DNA from: Ruditapes philippinarum
Lineage: Eukaryota
DNA: 64,000 nucleotides
Reading direction: 5' to 3'
NCBI RefSeq assembly: GCF_026571515.1
Contig: NW_026865692.1
Span: 62,001 to 126,000 of the forward strand
Shown: one piece after another, positions 1-13,698 of the stretch
Layout of the letters: each line of letters opens with the position of its first letter
Position numbering within the stretch: position 1 is the first letter of the stretch
Made by a program: the position numbers and the translations under genes
The notes under the pieces: model-generated
Seen by the model: only the letters and a program-made list of their open reading frames with translations
Databases searched by the model: none
What the model was told of the DNA's origin: nothing

Positions 1-584
1 TACTTAGTTTTCTATTGTAAACGATTTCAATAAAAAATCATCAAAAATAGATTTTTTTGGAATTATCCCACTTTTACCATTAAATTATAAATAAAATAAT
101 CTATTAAAACGTGTTTATACGTTGACTTGTATATGCTAGTAGCACATATCAAAGGGACGGAATACGTGTTTTTGTAGACAGGGTTGGAAAAAACAACAAA
201 ATTACACCAGCAGATATTAAAGACACCCGAGGAATATCATATCACTCTTCAAAGGAAACTCCTGTATTTTTTTTCAAGCATGGTCTTTAAATACCGGTAG
301 ACCTTCCGAAACTAGCATGATAGTTTCCACGCATGAAATAACTCTACCATCTGAACAGGGTTTTGATCTCTCTAACAACTAATTATTTATGAGAGTGATA
401 CTGTTAATATGTTTGCCCAATAACCGTACAATAATGGAATACAGAAGTGTGAAACTATTAATAATTGAATCAAAACATATCAGTTTCATATAACATACAA
501 AACAAAACAAAACAACAACAATTCAATACTTAAGTTAGAACTTTAAAAAATACGTGGCATTCAAGAAGCGAATTGGATCATCAA

Positions 585-1031
585 TTTATTACATGCTTTT
601 CGGTGGTTTATAGAAATATATCAGTGAAATAAAACTGGTAATTTCACTGTTTGAAACAGTGAAATTACCACTTTGGTAATTTCACTGTTTTGAATTTAAG
701 CCCCTAACGTTGTTTCAGTGAAATACCAGCGTGCACAGTACAGGGTACCAACTTAATGACGTGACGTCGTAAATGACGTCACGTTGTATTATTATTTGGC
801 GCGCTTTTCATTCAGTATTAGGTTTAATGTCTTTTTAAAACGTTTCTTTGCATATAATAAAAAGAAAATTTGTTTAGTTTAGTGTAAGATCGAAATATAT
901 TTCACCTTGTGAACAACAAAAGTTCATATTTCACTCGTGACTGCGCCACTCGTGAAATACATGTATACCTTTTGGTGCTCACTCGGTGAAATATATTCCG
1001 ATCTTACACTGAACTAAACAAATATCCTCTA
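585..1031 (-). mobile_element. ~441-bp hairpin-containing non-autonomous repeat, inverted copy of the units at 7005-7886
   Basis: Reverse complement is near-identical to 7005-7445. It contains a ~165-bp hairpin centred on cactcgtgactgcgccactcgtgaaata. Confidence 0.8.
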
Positions 1032-2041
1032 TGTATATTAAATATATAAATATTTTGAATGTCAATATTTAGTTCAACATACCCATATCACGGCAAAGGA
1101 AATCCGATCCAAAATCCATTTCCTTTATCTGAGACACATATGTTTATTTTCCGTCGTTGCCATGGGGATAGGAATTAGGCTTTAAACCCCAAGCAAAAGA
1201 AAACAAATATTTTAATTTTTCATCGCCACTTCAGTTCCCAAAACATTCTTCAGAAAAAAATAAAACGTCAACGTACACTTAACTACAACACGTGACGTAA
1301 TTATATAATATTTTTGTTAAGAAATAATATGACAAAATTTACATCCAGAATCAAAACAAACAGTCGAGTAAATATTCCACTTTTCCTTAAAAGAGAGTTA
1401 TTTCTCAATATCTATTTATAATATCACGGCTGATAATCAAGTTGCCCAGTTTCCCATTATCTCATGTTGTCGTCTGCTCACAGAGAAAATCAATAAAACA
1501 ATACGACAAACATGTCATGTTACAGAGTCATGTTTACAGTAAATGAAAGATAGCACCTGTAGAAATCGGTTGATAATAAATGCTATAGGTGAGTATATAC
1601 ATGTACATATATTGGGTAAATAAATGTCGGTGCTGAGCCGGTATAAACCGGATATTAAGCAACAAGTCTTTTAGTTATGTCAATGACTCAGCATTTAATA
1701 ATAATTCAATTAATAATTCAATTCCTCTCATAGAAATACAAATGTTTATGGAAATTACCGATGAATTCTTATAAAATTATGGTTTAGTGGCCTTTAAATC
1801 ATTAATAGCGTTATTAATAGTTTCTTTCATGAACATAATTGCTACCAGCAGAAAATAAAATGGAATTATTGAGAAACTCGTTCTGTTTTGATTTTAATAC
1901 GCAAAAGCCTTACACATAATTATCTTAATTAAAGACTTTCATCTTAAAAAGCTCACATGCTAAATGATAAGTATTTGATATAATACCAGACCGCCAGCAC
2001 AAGTAACAACAATAGTTGTACCTAGACGTAACTTTAAATTT

Positions 2042-2307
2042 GAGCCGCGTCACAACAAAACCAACGTAATGCGTTTCCGTTTGCGACCAGCACGGATCCA
2101 GACCAGCCCGCGCATCCGCGCAGTCTGATTCGGATCCATACTGTTCGCTAACAAACCCTATTACAATTAGAGAAACTGATAGCGAACAGCATGGATCCTG
2201 ATCAGACTGCGCGGATGCGCGGGCTGGTCTGAATCCATGCTGGTCGCAAACCCATTATGTTGGTTTTGTCGTGACACGGCCCATTTAATGTTTTAATGAC
2301 GCGGCTC
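2042..2307. mobile_element. Palindromic MITE family A (GAGCCGCG...CGCGGCTC), copy 1
   Basis: Long inverted arms gagccgcgtcacaacaaaaccaac / gttggttttgtcgtgac..., with the right end partly duplicated. The same element recurs about 10 times in the window. Confidence 0.9.
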
Positions 2308-2957
2308 ATATTTATATTCAATTAATGTAGGACAGGACTTCACATTTTCGGCTCATTCCCTCTCTCAGTGTTTCCAAAATGATCATTTATAGTGCAAACG
2401 ACCCCAAAATGAAAAGCTTTGTAACGCTTTTCGATCAAAACCGGCTAAGAATTGTACCAAAAATTGATTTCCATTTTAATTCTAAGTATATTTCTATTGT
2501 TATCTTTTGATTTTTTTCCCATTTTAAGTGCTTCACTTGACATTTATGTTTTCAGGCATTTGGACCTCTGTGGAGTTCCTTTAATATGTTGAACATTATA
2601 ACAGTTCTAATCATATAGGCCTAGAATATCGCGTTTATATAGATACCTGAAACAGTTGCACGTTGTTTTCCTCCTCTGGAATGAAGGCACTTCTGCATGT
2701 ATCTGGAAAGAGGTACAAGGTCTCTGTCAGAACTTTCAGAAAAAAACAAAAAAGAGTAAAAAAAAAACCCAAAAAAACCCAACAAACAAACAATAGCAAC
2801 GACACAAACAAATAAAAAACTGAGGAAGAAAAACATACAAAAGAATGAAAAAGAGCAAAATCTAGAAATGTGTTCATAGAACAATTCATAGCCCCCCCCA
2901 TTCCAATGTTTTGTCACAAAAATATGTATTCTTACTGCAAATTATAGTCTACGGACG

Positions 2958-3352
2958 ACAGCGTGACACCAGGACAACGTGACACCAGAACAACGTGAGA
3001 TCATAACAGCTGGACACCAGGACAACGAGACTCCAGAACAACTTGACATCGACACAGTGTGACACCAGAACAACGTGAGATCATAACAGCTGGACACCAG
3101 GACAACGAGACTCCAGAACAGCTTGATATCATAACAGCTGACACCAGAACAGCTTGATACCAGGACAAAGTGACACCAGAACAACGTGAGATCATAACAG
3201 CTGGACACCAGGACAACGTGACCCCAGAACAGCTTGACACCAGGATAAAGTGACACCAGGACAACGTGACCCAAGAACAGCTTGACACCAGGACAAAGTG
3301 ACACCAGAACAACGTGAGATCATAACAGCTTGACACCAGGACAACGTGACTC
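2958..3352. repeat. Minisatellite built from ~16-bp units (gacaccaggacaacgt / gacaccagaacaacgt / gagatcataacagct)
   Basis: Tandem repeat read directly. An inverted remnant (gtcacgttgtcctggtgtcaa) lies at ~3756-3776. Confidence 0.9.
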
Positions 3353-4770
3353 AAGCACAACGTCTATAAGTATCAAAAATAGGGCAATGTACAAGATACA
3401 TGTGGTGGCCGGTTGTTTTGATTTCGTCGCATGTGCAGTATGCAACCGAACAGCTACCTCGCTTGATATAATCCAAAGTCACAAGGGTTTTGAAGTCAAC
3501 GACTTTCATTTCTAAAGAAGGAAAATGTTTGTTTCTTTTATGAAAGAATATAAGACTGACTGTTTTGTTTACATTAAACATAAAGTCTATCAACCATGAT
3601 GTTGGTCATATATGAATGTTTTGTAAGTCAACGTTAAGTGAAGATGTTTTAGTGTTTGGTGTATCAACAAGTAGATACAAACCATCAACAAAGAGACGTT
3701 TATTTGAACTATGACATTTATATAATCAAGGAAAGCAAAGGACTTGTGTTCTGGGGTCACGTTGTCCTGGTGTCAATCACATAAAGGGTTACGAATAACG
3801 ACTGGTTGTTGTCCTCTTTAAAGATATGCGTGGAACCACAGCAATAATGTTCCATTTATACCAATAGATTATACCAGACACGTTCGGATGTCTTCGAGAT
3901 GTCACTAAAGACTTTTAAAATGTTAAAACGTGCTGTCAAATCAATAAAGATGTTGTATATTGGCAGTATAACTGTAGTTTTACGGGTTTTTTTATTGATA
4001 GTATATGTAAAGGAATTCGGATAACAACTAGACTTTCCCAGTATGCGCTTCTATATATCTTTTATTTTCACACATCAGCATAAAACAAAGCGATTCTCTG
4101 AAACAAATGATAAAGTAATTAACTAATACATTCATTTCTATTATGAACTTAACAAATAAATAATAGAATAGGATAATCAAATAATTATTTCTTAATAAAC
4201 AGAAGTACAGTTAAAATCCATAAAATAAATAATCGTATAAACATTGATTAAAATTAATAAATACTTCATTAGAAAATTATTTTTATCCGTAAACAAATAA
4301 ATAAATAAATCAAAATAATTTAAGCAGCTATCTTACCGACTATAATGTCTTTAAAAATACAGTTCCAGCTTTCACGTTTAACGCCGCTACATGTAACTGA
4401 TTCATGACAAACAATTACGTCAAAATGACGCGCTAAACTGTTCAGCGCGTAACGTTAAATAAATTGGCGCCAAACAACGTTTATCGTAAAAATATATTTT
4501 AATTAGAATCGGTAATAAACGATTCTAACAGTATAATTGTAAGTATATTTTGCACTGCAATGTCGAACGTACTAGAGATGTATGTTATCGCTTCGTTCTA
4601 GCAATGGCAACTTTTCGGGCCTTTTCGTAAGTCTTCGGATTATAGATAATAGCGAGTGTCGTTCTAGAGGCTATTTTTAGATATATTGTCAGTAACTGTT
4701 GTCATTAAGATAAGAAAAGCATTAAAATATCAGGTTTAAGAAATAAATTGAAAATCAAGATACTATTAAC

Positions 4771-7700
4771 ATGACGATATTATTAGCTATTGTGGCTTTG
4801 GTTTTACATAGAGCAGTGCCAGGTATTTTTACGCTTCCACTTCATCTATTTTAAATGTAGTAAGTGAGAATAATTTCACTCTGTATAAGTCATAACGAAT
4901 AATTACTGAACTAAAATATCTTCGAAACACGAAATAACAATATAAACGAGCATGTATATGCATATATACTTCATTTATAACTGCAGCAAAGGTAGTTTAA
5001 GGTTTATGGGATTTCAATGTCAAACTTCACCAAATGAGCCATCGACAGAAAAGAGTCATGCCAGACGGCTGGTCTGGGTAACTTCCGGTTTTAGAAGGTT
5101 ATGGGTTTCGACAAAGTGACTGAAATTTGTCCGGTCTTATTACTTATAGGTATGGCATACAAGAAGAGACATAGAAATGGGTTATAAGACATTAAAAGTA
5201 GAAGATTTATTTTAAAACTTATTTCTTCAGTTTTAAAAAAATCTGAAAGAGAGGGATGATCCAGCGGGTATAATGAAAACAACAATATCATATGAGAGAT
5301 AATGTAAAATTGCAACATTTAATATGTCCCCTAGCGCCGAATTAATCGGTATTCAATCTCAACTAACATGCCGGAGTCATTTACTATTTTCAGTCTATGG
5401 AGAGTGCCCCAATGGGTTTATTAGACATGATGATATGTGCTATCACTTTAGTCATGACACGGAGACGTGGATCGACGCCCTGGTAACTTTTTATTTACAG
5501 ATTTGTTAATACTACGGTGTCCCGTTAGGACCATCGCGACACACGAACAACATGAAACAACGAAAAACACCAAAATACGATGGTGATAGGTCAAAATAAA
5601 TAAACGACTGTGATGGATAGTCGGAGATACGATGATAAAATATCGATATAATTTCGTGTTTTTACCATCGTACTTTCGACCTTTCACCATCGTGGTTTCG
5701 TTGTTTCGTTATTTCGACTTTTCACTATCGTACTTTCGACTTTCCATCATCATGGTTTCGACATTTAACCGACAAGTTTTATTCAATTTTTCACAGAAAT
5801 AACAACATGAAAGTACACCTATAATGAGTAATGCGTATATATGCACAATCACTCATTTCATATTTTCTAATCTGTCCAATGATTCAGCTAATATTTAAGC
5901 AATCATTTAATTCAACGGTGATAGGAGTATTTTTGCCAGTTTTATTACGTAAGGTCTTACAGACAGTTCTTTGTTTTATGCTTACACATGCATGTATGAT
6001 AGACTTGATTAAAATATATCTTGATGAGGAACTCAAAACATATATTTGGCACCTGAAATGTAAGTAATGAGCTTCCAGCGTTTGCACCAGTGATCTGCCG
6101 ATATAAGTCATTCTTTTATCCAATCACACCCGTTAAGCATCGATTTCTTATTTTGAGTCCATAAAATCTATATTGTATTCCATCAAGCCTAGTATTTTTC
6201 CGAGTCTCAAAAAGTCATATCAAATTCATATTGTACTCTAAATAAAATTTCCTGTCTTCAATAGTTATTCTTGTTTAATGCAAAACACCTTTGAGTGTAA
6301 GTGTTTAATACAAAATACGTTTGAGTGTGAATGTTTAATGCAAAACACCTTTGAGTGTGAGTGTTTAATGCAAAACACTTTTGAATGTGAGTGCTTAATG
6401 CAAAACACCTTTGAATGTGAGTGCTTCATATGAAATACCTTTTATTCTTAGTGTTTTATACAAAGAACCGTTGTTTTTCAGTGTTTTCTTCAACTGGAGA
6501 TATGAAATAAAGAGGTCTTTATATAATGTTGAGTACAATACTAATTAAAGCGACTCGTCCAATAAAGGTTCCACAGCTGTGTAATGTTGTGTAATGAACT
6601 TAAAATGTAGGTCGTAGTGTTGTTATTATGATGTTTTCTTGGAACAGGTGACATGTGACAAGTTATTTGGAGCACAGTTAGTGGAAATAGAGACTGCCAA
6701 GGAGAATAATTATCTCGTCAATGAGTCATCTGTACTCAAAGGTGAGTCATTATAACATTGTCTGCATACGTTCATCATTCCTCTAATTATAACAGAAATA
6801 GTATTCTCTTGAAAGCTGCTTTGAGTTAAGCAGTTCAATCTACATTTGGTACAAAGTAGTTCAATCTAAATTCGGTACAGATGCTGGTAAAGTTCAATAT
6901 GAATATGGTACAATAAAGTTCAATAAAGATATGGTGGAACCCTTTTGTATCTTAATATAGGTCAAAAGACAAATATATATAAGTATTCCAAGCGTCAAAA
7001 AATATAGAGGATATTTGTTTAGTTCAGTGTAAGATCGGAATATATTTCACCGAGTGAGCACCAAAATGTATATTTCACGAGTGGCGCAGCCACGAGTGAA
7101 ATATGAACTTTTGGTGTTCACAAGGTGAAATATATTTCGATCTTACACTAAACTAAACAAATTTTCTTTTTATTATATGCAAAGAAACGTTTTAAAAAGA
7201 CATTAAACCTAATACTGAATGATAAGCGCGCCAAATAATAATACAACGTGACGTCATTTACGACGTCACGTCATTAAGTTGGTACCCAGTACTGTGCACG
7301 CTGGTATTTCACTGAAACAACGTAAGGGGCTTAAATTCAAAACAGTGAAATTATCAAAGTGGTAATTTCACTGTTTCAAACAGTGAAATTACCAGTTTTA
7401 ATTCACTGATATATTTCTTTAAACCACCGAAAAGCATGTAATAAATAGAGGATATTTGTTTAGTTCAGTGTAAGATCGGAATATATTTCACCGAGTGAGC
7501 ACCAAAAGGTATATTTCACGAGTGGCGCAGCCACGAGTGAAATATGAACTTTTGATGTTCACAAGGTGAAATATATTTCGATCTTACACTAAACTAAACA
7601 AATTTTCTTTTTATTACATGCAAAGAAACGTTTTAAAAAGACATTAAACCTAATACTGAATGAAAAGCGCGCCAAATAATAATACAACGTGACGTCATTT

Positions 7701-9003
7701 ACGACGTCACGTCATTAAGTTGGTACCCAGTACTGTGCACGCTGGTATTTCACTGAAACAACGTAAGGGGCTTAAATTCAAAACAGTGAAATTATCAAAG
7801 TGGTAATTTCACTGTTTCAAACAGTGAAATTACCAATTTTATATCACTGATATATTTCTATAAACCACCGAAAAGCATGTAATAAAAAGCAATATCTATA
7901 CTTCAATCCTGTCTTGATTTGTCATTTAGCCGAGTTTTGGATTGGCGGAAATGACATTCAAGTTGAAGGGGAGTGGAAATGGGCGACTTCCGGTGATGAC
8001 GTCACATTTACTGCTTGGGGTGGCCCGCCTAGCAACAGCCATGGTAACGAGAACTGTATAGAGATAAACACGTTAGTCTGGAATGACGATCAATGTGGGA
8101 AACAACAACGCTATATTTGTGAAAAGCCCCTGTAAGTTTTTTCGAGCATAAAAGCATTATTCACAATCCTCAAAACATAAATTGTCATAAAATAGGTACA
8201 AAGTGGCTTCTGGCGTTTTTAATACATTTAGATCTATATTTCTAAATGCTATTTTTAAACTTATATTTTGCACATCCGAGTGATCCGCCCGCATACTGGT
8301 TCTCGTTTCCATTTAAAATAGTGGAACACATACGGAAGTACGTGGGAACTGTTCATAGGATACAATAAACAATTATCAGCATTTTCAAAGAAATATTGGA
8401 TGTTGCCGATATCAACTTATATCAGATCATGTTGAATACAGATCTGGTCATGGGTTTTGTCATGATGATGATGATGATGATGATTTTGATGATGTTGTTG
8501 ATGATGGTGGTGATGATGATGATGATTCCAGGTGTCAGCCCTGCAGAAAATCGATTTATTTGGATTCTATTCTATTAAATTAAGCCAATCAAACTTTTTA
8601 GTCAGTCATTTGAACGGGAAATAATTGAGAATCAAGTCACGTGGTATTAAATGCTCTATCAGGCGGTGTAAGTCTTTATATTAAAATGATAATTTGTATG
8701 TCGCTGCCCTAGGACGCCAATCATTATGGTTGTCATGGTATTTCTCTGTATGTTTTCTCTCGTATTGTCTTTAAATCAACAGAATGCACGGGAGATGTGC
8801 GGTACCTGTCTGGGCTTTCCAAATACATTGTACCCGTTCTTTAAAAAATTAGGTGCAAAATGCTTAATGTTAAGCTATGAACATTTGAAATAGCTGATTT
8901 TAATTCGTGACAATATAATTAGATTCTAGTAACATAGTTTTCAATGTATTTATTCATTTCCTTTATTTTTAGTAACAATGAGCAAATAGTGGGACGAAAA
9001 TGA
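4771..9003 (+). CDS. Secreted perlucin-like C-type lectin, copy 1 (5 coding exons)
   Basis: Exons 4771-4822 (signal peptide MTILLAIVALVLHRAVP), 5394-5482 (ECPNGFIRHDDMCYHFSHDTETWIDAL), 6648-6741 (VTCDKLFGAQLVEIETAKENNYL...), 7930-8131 (FWIGGNDIQVEGEWKW...ENCIEINTLVWNDDQC...YICEKP) and 8973-9003 (NNEQIVGRK*). All introns are GT-AG with consistent phases 1,0,1,2. Six canonical CTLD cysteines, WIG and WND motifs; AATAAA at ~9039. Confidence 0.93.
6273..6445. repeat. 30-bp tandem repeat (gtttaatgcaaaacacctttgagtgtgagt), ~5 copies, intronic
   Basis: Read directly from the sequence. Confidence 0.85.
7005..7886 (+). mobile_element. Head-to-tail dimer of the 441-bp hairpin repeat (7005-7445, 7446-7886) in lectin-1 intron 3
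   Basis: Two near-identical units, each tagaggatatttg...gcatgtaataaa, joined with no spacer. Confidence 0.88.
8462..8526. repeat. (ATG/GAT)n microsatellite, intronic
   Basis: Read directly. It explains the poly-Met ORF 8396-8578. Confidence 0.9.
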
Positions 9004-9761
9004 AATGTGACTTTTTGCCATGGGTTTATAAAAACAGAAATAAAATGTTAGATATTATATACATGAGTTTTGTTTAGAATTTCTTTCTTTTACTCTAAAT
9101 AGAAAAACTTGCACATCTAAAATATAGCACATTAAAATATTGAGTATAGTATAGCTATCTTGAAACACCAAAATACCACCCACCCACCCCCCTCCCCGAA
9201 AATAAGAAGAAAATAGATAAAAATATAAAAATAAAATACATTTATGATGAAATTTTGAAGCACTTCGCACCTTTCTTTGCCGCAATTTCGTTGTTGTAGT
9301 CGATTATTTATTTCATTTGGTGATTAGATGATTGCAATTTAATGCTGGATTCAATACTGTATAAAGTAACTGATCTGACATATAGAAGAAGTCAGGCTTG
9401 TTTGGCACCAAGCCCGCGATTCCGTCTAAAAGGTTTATGGAACTATATAAATGCTCATTCTTTGAGTTAACGGCAAAATATTTATATATATTTATTTAAT
9501 GTTGCTTTAATGTGTTTAGCGCAACTTGCGATATTTGTTCCGTTGGTTTTGTCATTAAAGCGAAGCAAAATGGAACTTTAGTTCATCGATTGTTATATTA
9601 CGGTCATATAAATATTTAATAAGTTACATAATTATAATTATGAATTATTTGTCACTTGACCAAGTCCTAATAAATATCGGAGAATCTATTTATAGATAAG
9701 TCGTCTTAGAGATAAGAGGCCATGTTATGAAGTAACATTCAATCTTATAGGTATTACAAAC

Positions 9762-12563
9762 ATGTCGAGGTTATTAATTCTGATTGTTTTTGTATTAAAT
9801 TGTGAAGTTACAGGTAAATCTTTAACATTCATTTTCAAATGTAACTAAATATTTACAGATTAAAAACATATACTAGTATGTTTTGTTGGATGTACGTGTT
9901 AAAGTATTTTGTCATTGGCCTTTTTTAAATTTAAAGTCAAATTTCAGATTAAACAGTTATTCTCAGTATAACATTAGCGACAAAAGTCTCACTTTGAACT
10001 TAGTCACACGTTCGAGAAAAATAGGCACTTTTCGCCAGTTTCCGTGTTTCATACATACAACGATTCAAGGTAGGTCCTCTTCAAAGTCATTTTGCGAATA
10101 ACTTGGCTGAACGTTCCTATGAAACAAGATAAGTTGTATATGTAAAACATTTTATTCTCATAGACAAATCACATCTACTCAATTAAGAGGTATGTTTAGG
10201 GTTCATTTCATATATTGAATATAAGTATATGGGAAAATCAGTAGCGTTCTCAGACCTTCTAGAGAGACATAAACGTGTGGACAGACAATACGGTGTCTCT
10301 GTTTTGAACTGAAGCACACGGCCTGATAAGTATTGTATGTAACTGTAACACATACATGTAAGAAAAAAATGACTTTTCTTCACAACCTAATATATATAAT
10401 ATATAATTACTAAATATATATAATATGAAATTGTACGCAGTTTGTTTCGAGAGCATTCGTAACATCTCGGCTATTATCAATAATGGTATCCAAAGACGGA
10501 CGGAAAGGTCCGAAAAGTAGCGATCGTAACGAGAGGTACTTATTCGTGTTTTTTGTTGTTGTTTTTTTTCAGTATGTGGGGAATGCACTGATGGGTTTAT
10601 CAGGCACGGGGACTCGTGCTATCACTTCAGTCGTGACACAGAAACCTGGTTTGATGCCCTGGTAACTTTTTACCTTGTCCCTTCACGTTTGATCATAAGT
10701 AACCTTCTTTTAAATTTTGTCCTATAATTTCGTTTGACGATTCGCGTTTTTAACGATTAAATGTTCTATGTATTACTTAAATTTTGATGTTTCTGATAGT
10801 TTTGGTTTATACAGAATTTATTTTAGTTCGATTGTGTAGGAAGCCAATAGCTTATAGACACACTTTCGAATCCGTTTACTAACCAGGACTGAGCAATGAG
10901 TGTAAAGTTTGCTCAATGAAACAACGACTTGCCCCTGACGGGGTTTGAACCCATTCGACTAGCGATTAGTTACTAGGCCGACGCGTTAACCACTCGGCCA
11001 TGCCGCCACTGATAGTTTTGTTCTTGTAGCGCTCCTCACATAATCATATCGGATCATATTCTAGTGGCTCGTTTAAAGCCCGGCCAACTTCGGTGAACCT
11101 CGTCAGTTTCCTTGTATTACGATGTTGAAACCTATGTATATATTGACACGGCTTTCGATTCCGTTAATTTGATATTAAGTTAAAAAAAACACACATCAAA
11201 AGTGCCATGCCGATATTTTCCCGACCCGATATGTATCGCATTAAGTTTAAACATAGCATTACCATGCCTAAAATATAATGAATATGAACACCGTTATTTA
11301 TTTAAGATTTCCTGTGAAAAGATTTACGGTGGCCATCTTGCCGAAATAGCTGACGCGAAGGAGAACATGTTTCTACTCAAAGAGGTTGCAGCCCTTGGAG
11401 GTATTTATCCATTTCAGTTTTCTTGTTAAAAATATATCAAACAATATATATCTCAGGGGCCGTGGCCAAGTGGTTAAGGTCGTTGACTGCAAACCACTTG
11501 CCCCTAACCGCTGTTGGAATGAATCCCGCCAGGGACTTTGGATCTTTTTATGCGGGTAAGAAATCCAGCTAGCTTACGGAACGTCGTTGGTTCTACTCAG
11601 GTGCCCATTCTTGCCTGACATAATACACGGAAGGGCACCTAAGATCTTTCTTCACCAGTAAAACTGGATAGTCGCCATGTGACCTATACTGTATTGATGC
11701 GGACGTATTGAATAGAAGAAGAAAGAAGATTCTCCGTTTGAGTTTTGGTCTAACCTCTGAGTGCTGGTTCTATTTCATTCGATTTACTAATTTTTTTTGC
11801 ACTATATTTAATTTACCATTTGTAGGCATCAGAAAAAAATTGGGATAGTTCATCCGACTTCATTTGTAACGTTGGAGCATACGTTATTACGTCATTTCTA
11901 AAAAGAAAGTCAGGGGAATCATTTGGAGCTGTTATCATTTTGGAATAATTTTAAGATTGATTATTTCTTCTAGACCGTTATTGGATAGGCGGTAGTGATC
12001 TTCAGGTAGATGGCGAGTGGAAATGGTATACGTCAAATAGTGACATCACGTATAGCACGTGGTATCCTGGAAACCCTAGTGGTGGCACGGAGGACTGCTT
12101 GGAAATTGTGCATGGCCCTCACGGAACATCGTGGAATGATCTGACGTGTCATACATTCATAAAATATATATGTGAAAAACCAGTGTGAGTAGGAAAACTT
12201 TAAAAAATAGCGCATGTCAATCATACATGTACTGCACTTCATGATGTCAATGAAACAGAGTGTATTAGTACCCTGACAATGTTTACTTATGTATTACATT
12301 TATTCATATTTATCTAGATTAAGTCATGTTATTACATTCTTATATATTACCATTCTTTATAGACTAACACAATTATACATTATACACAAACTATACACTA
12401 CCCATTAAACACTTAAACTTTGAATGAACTATTCCAATCTCAAAGCCAGGCAGGCCCATTGCATAGGTTAAGCAGGTTAATTTCTTCCGCATAGTATCTG
12501 TTGTAGTAAACATTTATCAGCGTTTTTACTATTTTCAGAAACGATGAACAGATCGTAGGCTAG
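9762..12563 (+). CDS. Secreted perlucin-like C-type lectin, copy 2 (5 coding exons)
   Basis: Exons 9762-9813 (MSRLLILIVFVLNCEVT), 10573-10661 (ECTDGFIRHGDSCYHFSRDTETWFDAL), 11307-11400 (ISCEKIYGGHLAEIADAKENMFL...), 11974-12184 (YWIGGSDLQVDGEWKW...WYPGNPSGGTEDCLEI...WNDLTC...YICEKP) and 12539-12563 (NDEQIVG*). Exon lengths 52/89/94 and phases match copy 1. Confidence 0.93.
10805..11008 (-). mobile_element. tRNA-derived SINE (family B) with 12-bp target-site duplication
   Basis: Minus strand starts ggcggcatggccgagtggttaacgcgtcgg (A box) and contains gggttcaaacccc (B box). Flanked by ctgatagttttg at 10793-10804 and 11009-11020. Confidence 0.8.
11457..11706 (+). mobile_element. tRNA-derived SINE (family A, resembles molluscan Meta-domain SINEs)
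   Basis: A box ggccgtggccaagtggttaagg; core ccagctagcttacggaacgtc...ggttctactcaggtgccc...gggcacc. Homologous to 12848-13117 and ~49897-50110. Confidence 0.82.
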
Positions 12564-12847
12564 TTATGAATAAATTCAGTTGTTTATCAAAACATGTGGT
12601 GAATCTAAATAAAATTGTAAACTAAATATGCTCTCTGTTGTTCATATTAAAATCTACATAAATTTAAATATATATTTCTTTTTTTGCTGATTCAACTATT
12701 TTAAGATTATTTCTTTTGTCAAATAATTTAGTTTAAACTAATTTTATACTGAATTGTGTTAATTTGGAGATGAAAACAAGCCGGCTTTGTTTATTTTTGA
12801 TGTATTGTGTCAGAGTAAACACGTGATGTTTTAAGACTTTTGTATCT

Positions 12848-13117
12848 TTGTTTTGTTTTGGGTTTTACGTCACATCGACAACGTATAGGTCATATCGCGA
12901 CGTTCCAGCTTTACTACATGGTGGAGGAAGACATCAGGTGCCCTTCCGTGCATTATTTCAGGCACGAACGGGTACCTGAGTAGAACCACCGACGTTCCGT
13001 AAGCTAGCTGGATAGCTTCCTCACATGAAAGAATCCAAAGTCCCTGTCAGGATTCGAACCCACAGAGGTGAGGGGCAAGTGGTTTGAAGTCAACGACCTT
13101 AACCACTCGGCCATGAT
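12848..13117 (-). mobile_element. tRNA-derived SINE (family A) with ~10-bp TSD
   Basis: Reverse complement of the 11457 element, with B box gggttcgaatcc and an (AAAAC)n tail. Flanked by ttttgtatct on both sides. Confidence 0.85.
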
Positions 13118-13698
13118 TTTTGTATCTGTTAATAAGAACATATTGTCTGGGGTAAGAGTGCAAGCCTATTGGTCTCTATATAGACTTTAAAGAGAGAAGA
13201 CGTTAAGCTAAGGTAAAATAAAAAATAAGACCTCTTGACTTGGTATAAAACAACGCTCATCTATAGGAATTTCCCTAACAACGGAAGTAACATTTCGCGC
13301 AAGCGTAATCTATGAAATGGAGACAGCAAAGTCAATGCAAATAATCAGGGGTTGGTTCCGATGGATGGGGGTTACAATTAATGAAAATTAATATTTATGT
13401 ACGACTTAATCATGAATTAAAAAAAACACCACACAAACTTATATACATAGTTCATCTCCAAACCCACTAATACGGGCAATACTCTATACGAGTGCTGTAA
13501 CATTGATTAGTACTAATTTGTTCACCTTTATTAACAAATTACGTCATTCAATTGTGACTTGTTGGAGTGAAAAAAAAATAAGGACCTATAGAACAGACAT
13601 ACATGTATATACACTGACATCTAGTGGTGTTCAACCTTAAACACATCTGATAAGAGATTGTACCATAATTGGAACATATTTATTTTAGTACATAAGTT

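Noticed and set aside
2942-3360. Cys/Val/Ser-rich ORFs
   Set aside because: Products of the 16-bp minisatellite.
8396-8578. Poly-Met ORF
   Set aside because: (ATG)n microsatellite in lectin-1 intron 4.
11457-11540. tRNA-like sequences (also near 13040-13113, 19675-19754, 10930-11008)
   Set aside because: They are SINE heads followed by SINE body, tail and TSDs, with no clean cloverleaf ending.
13612-13627. CTCF-like motif (ccactagatgtcag on -) near the lectin-3 start
   Set aside because: A single short motif match with no independent support.
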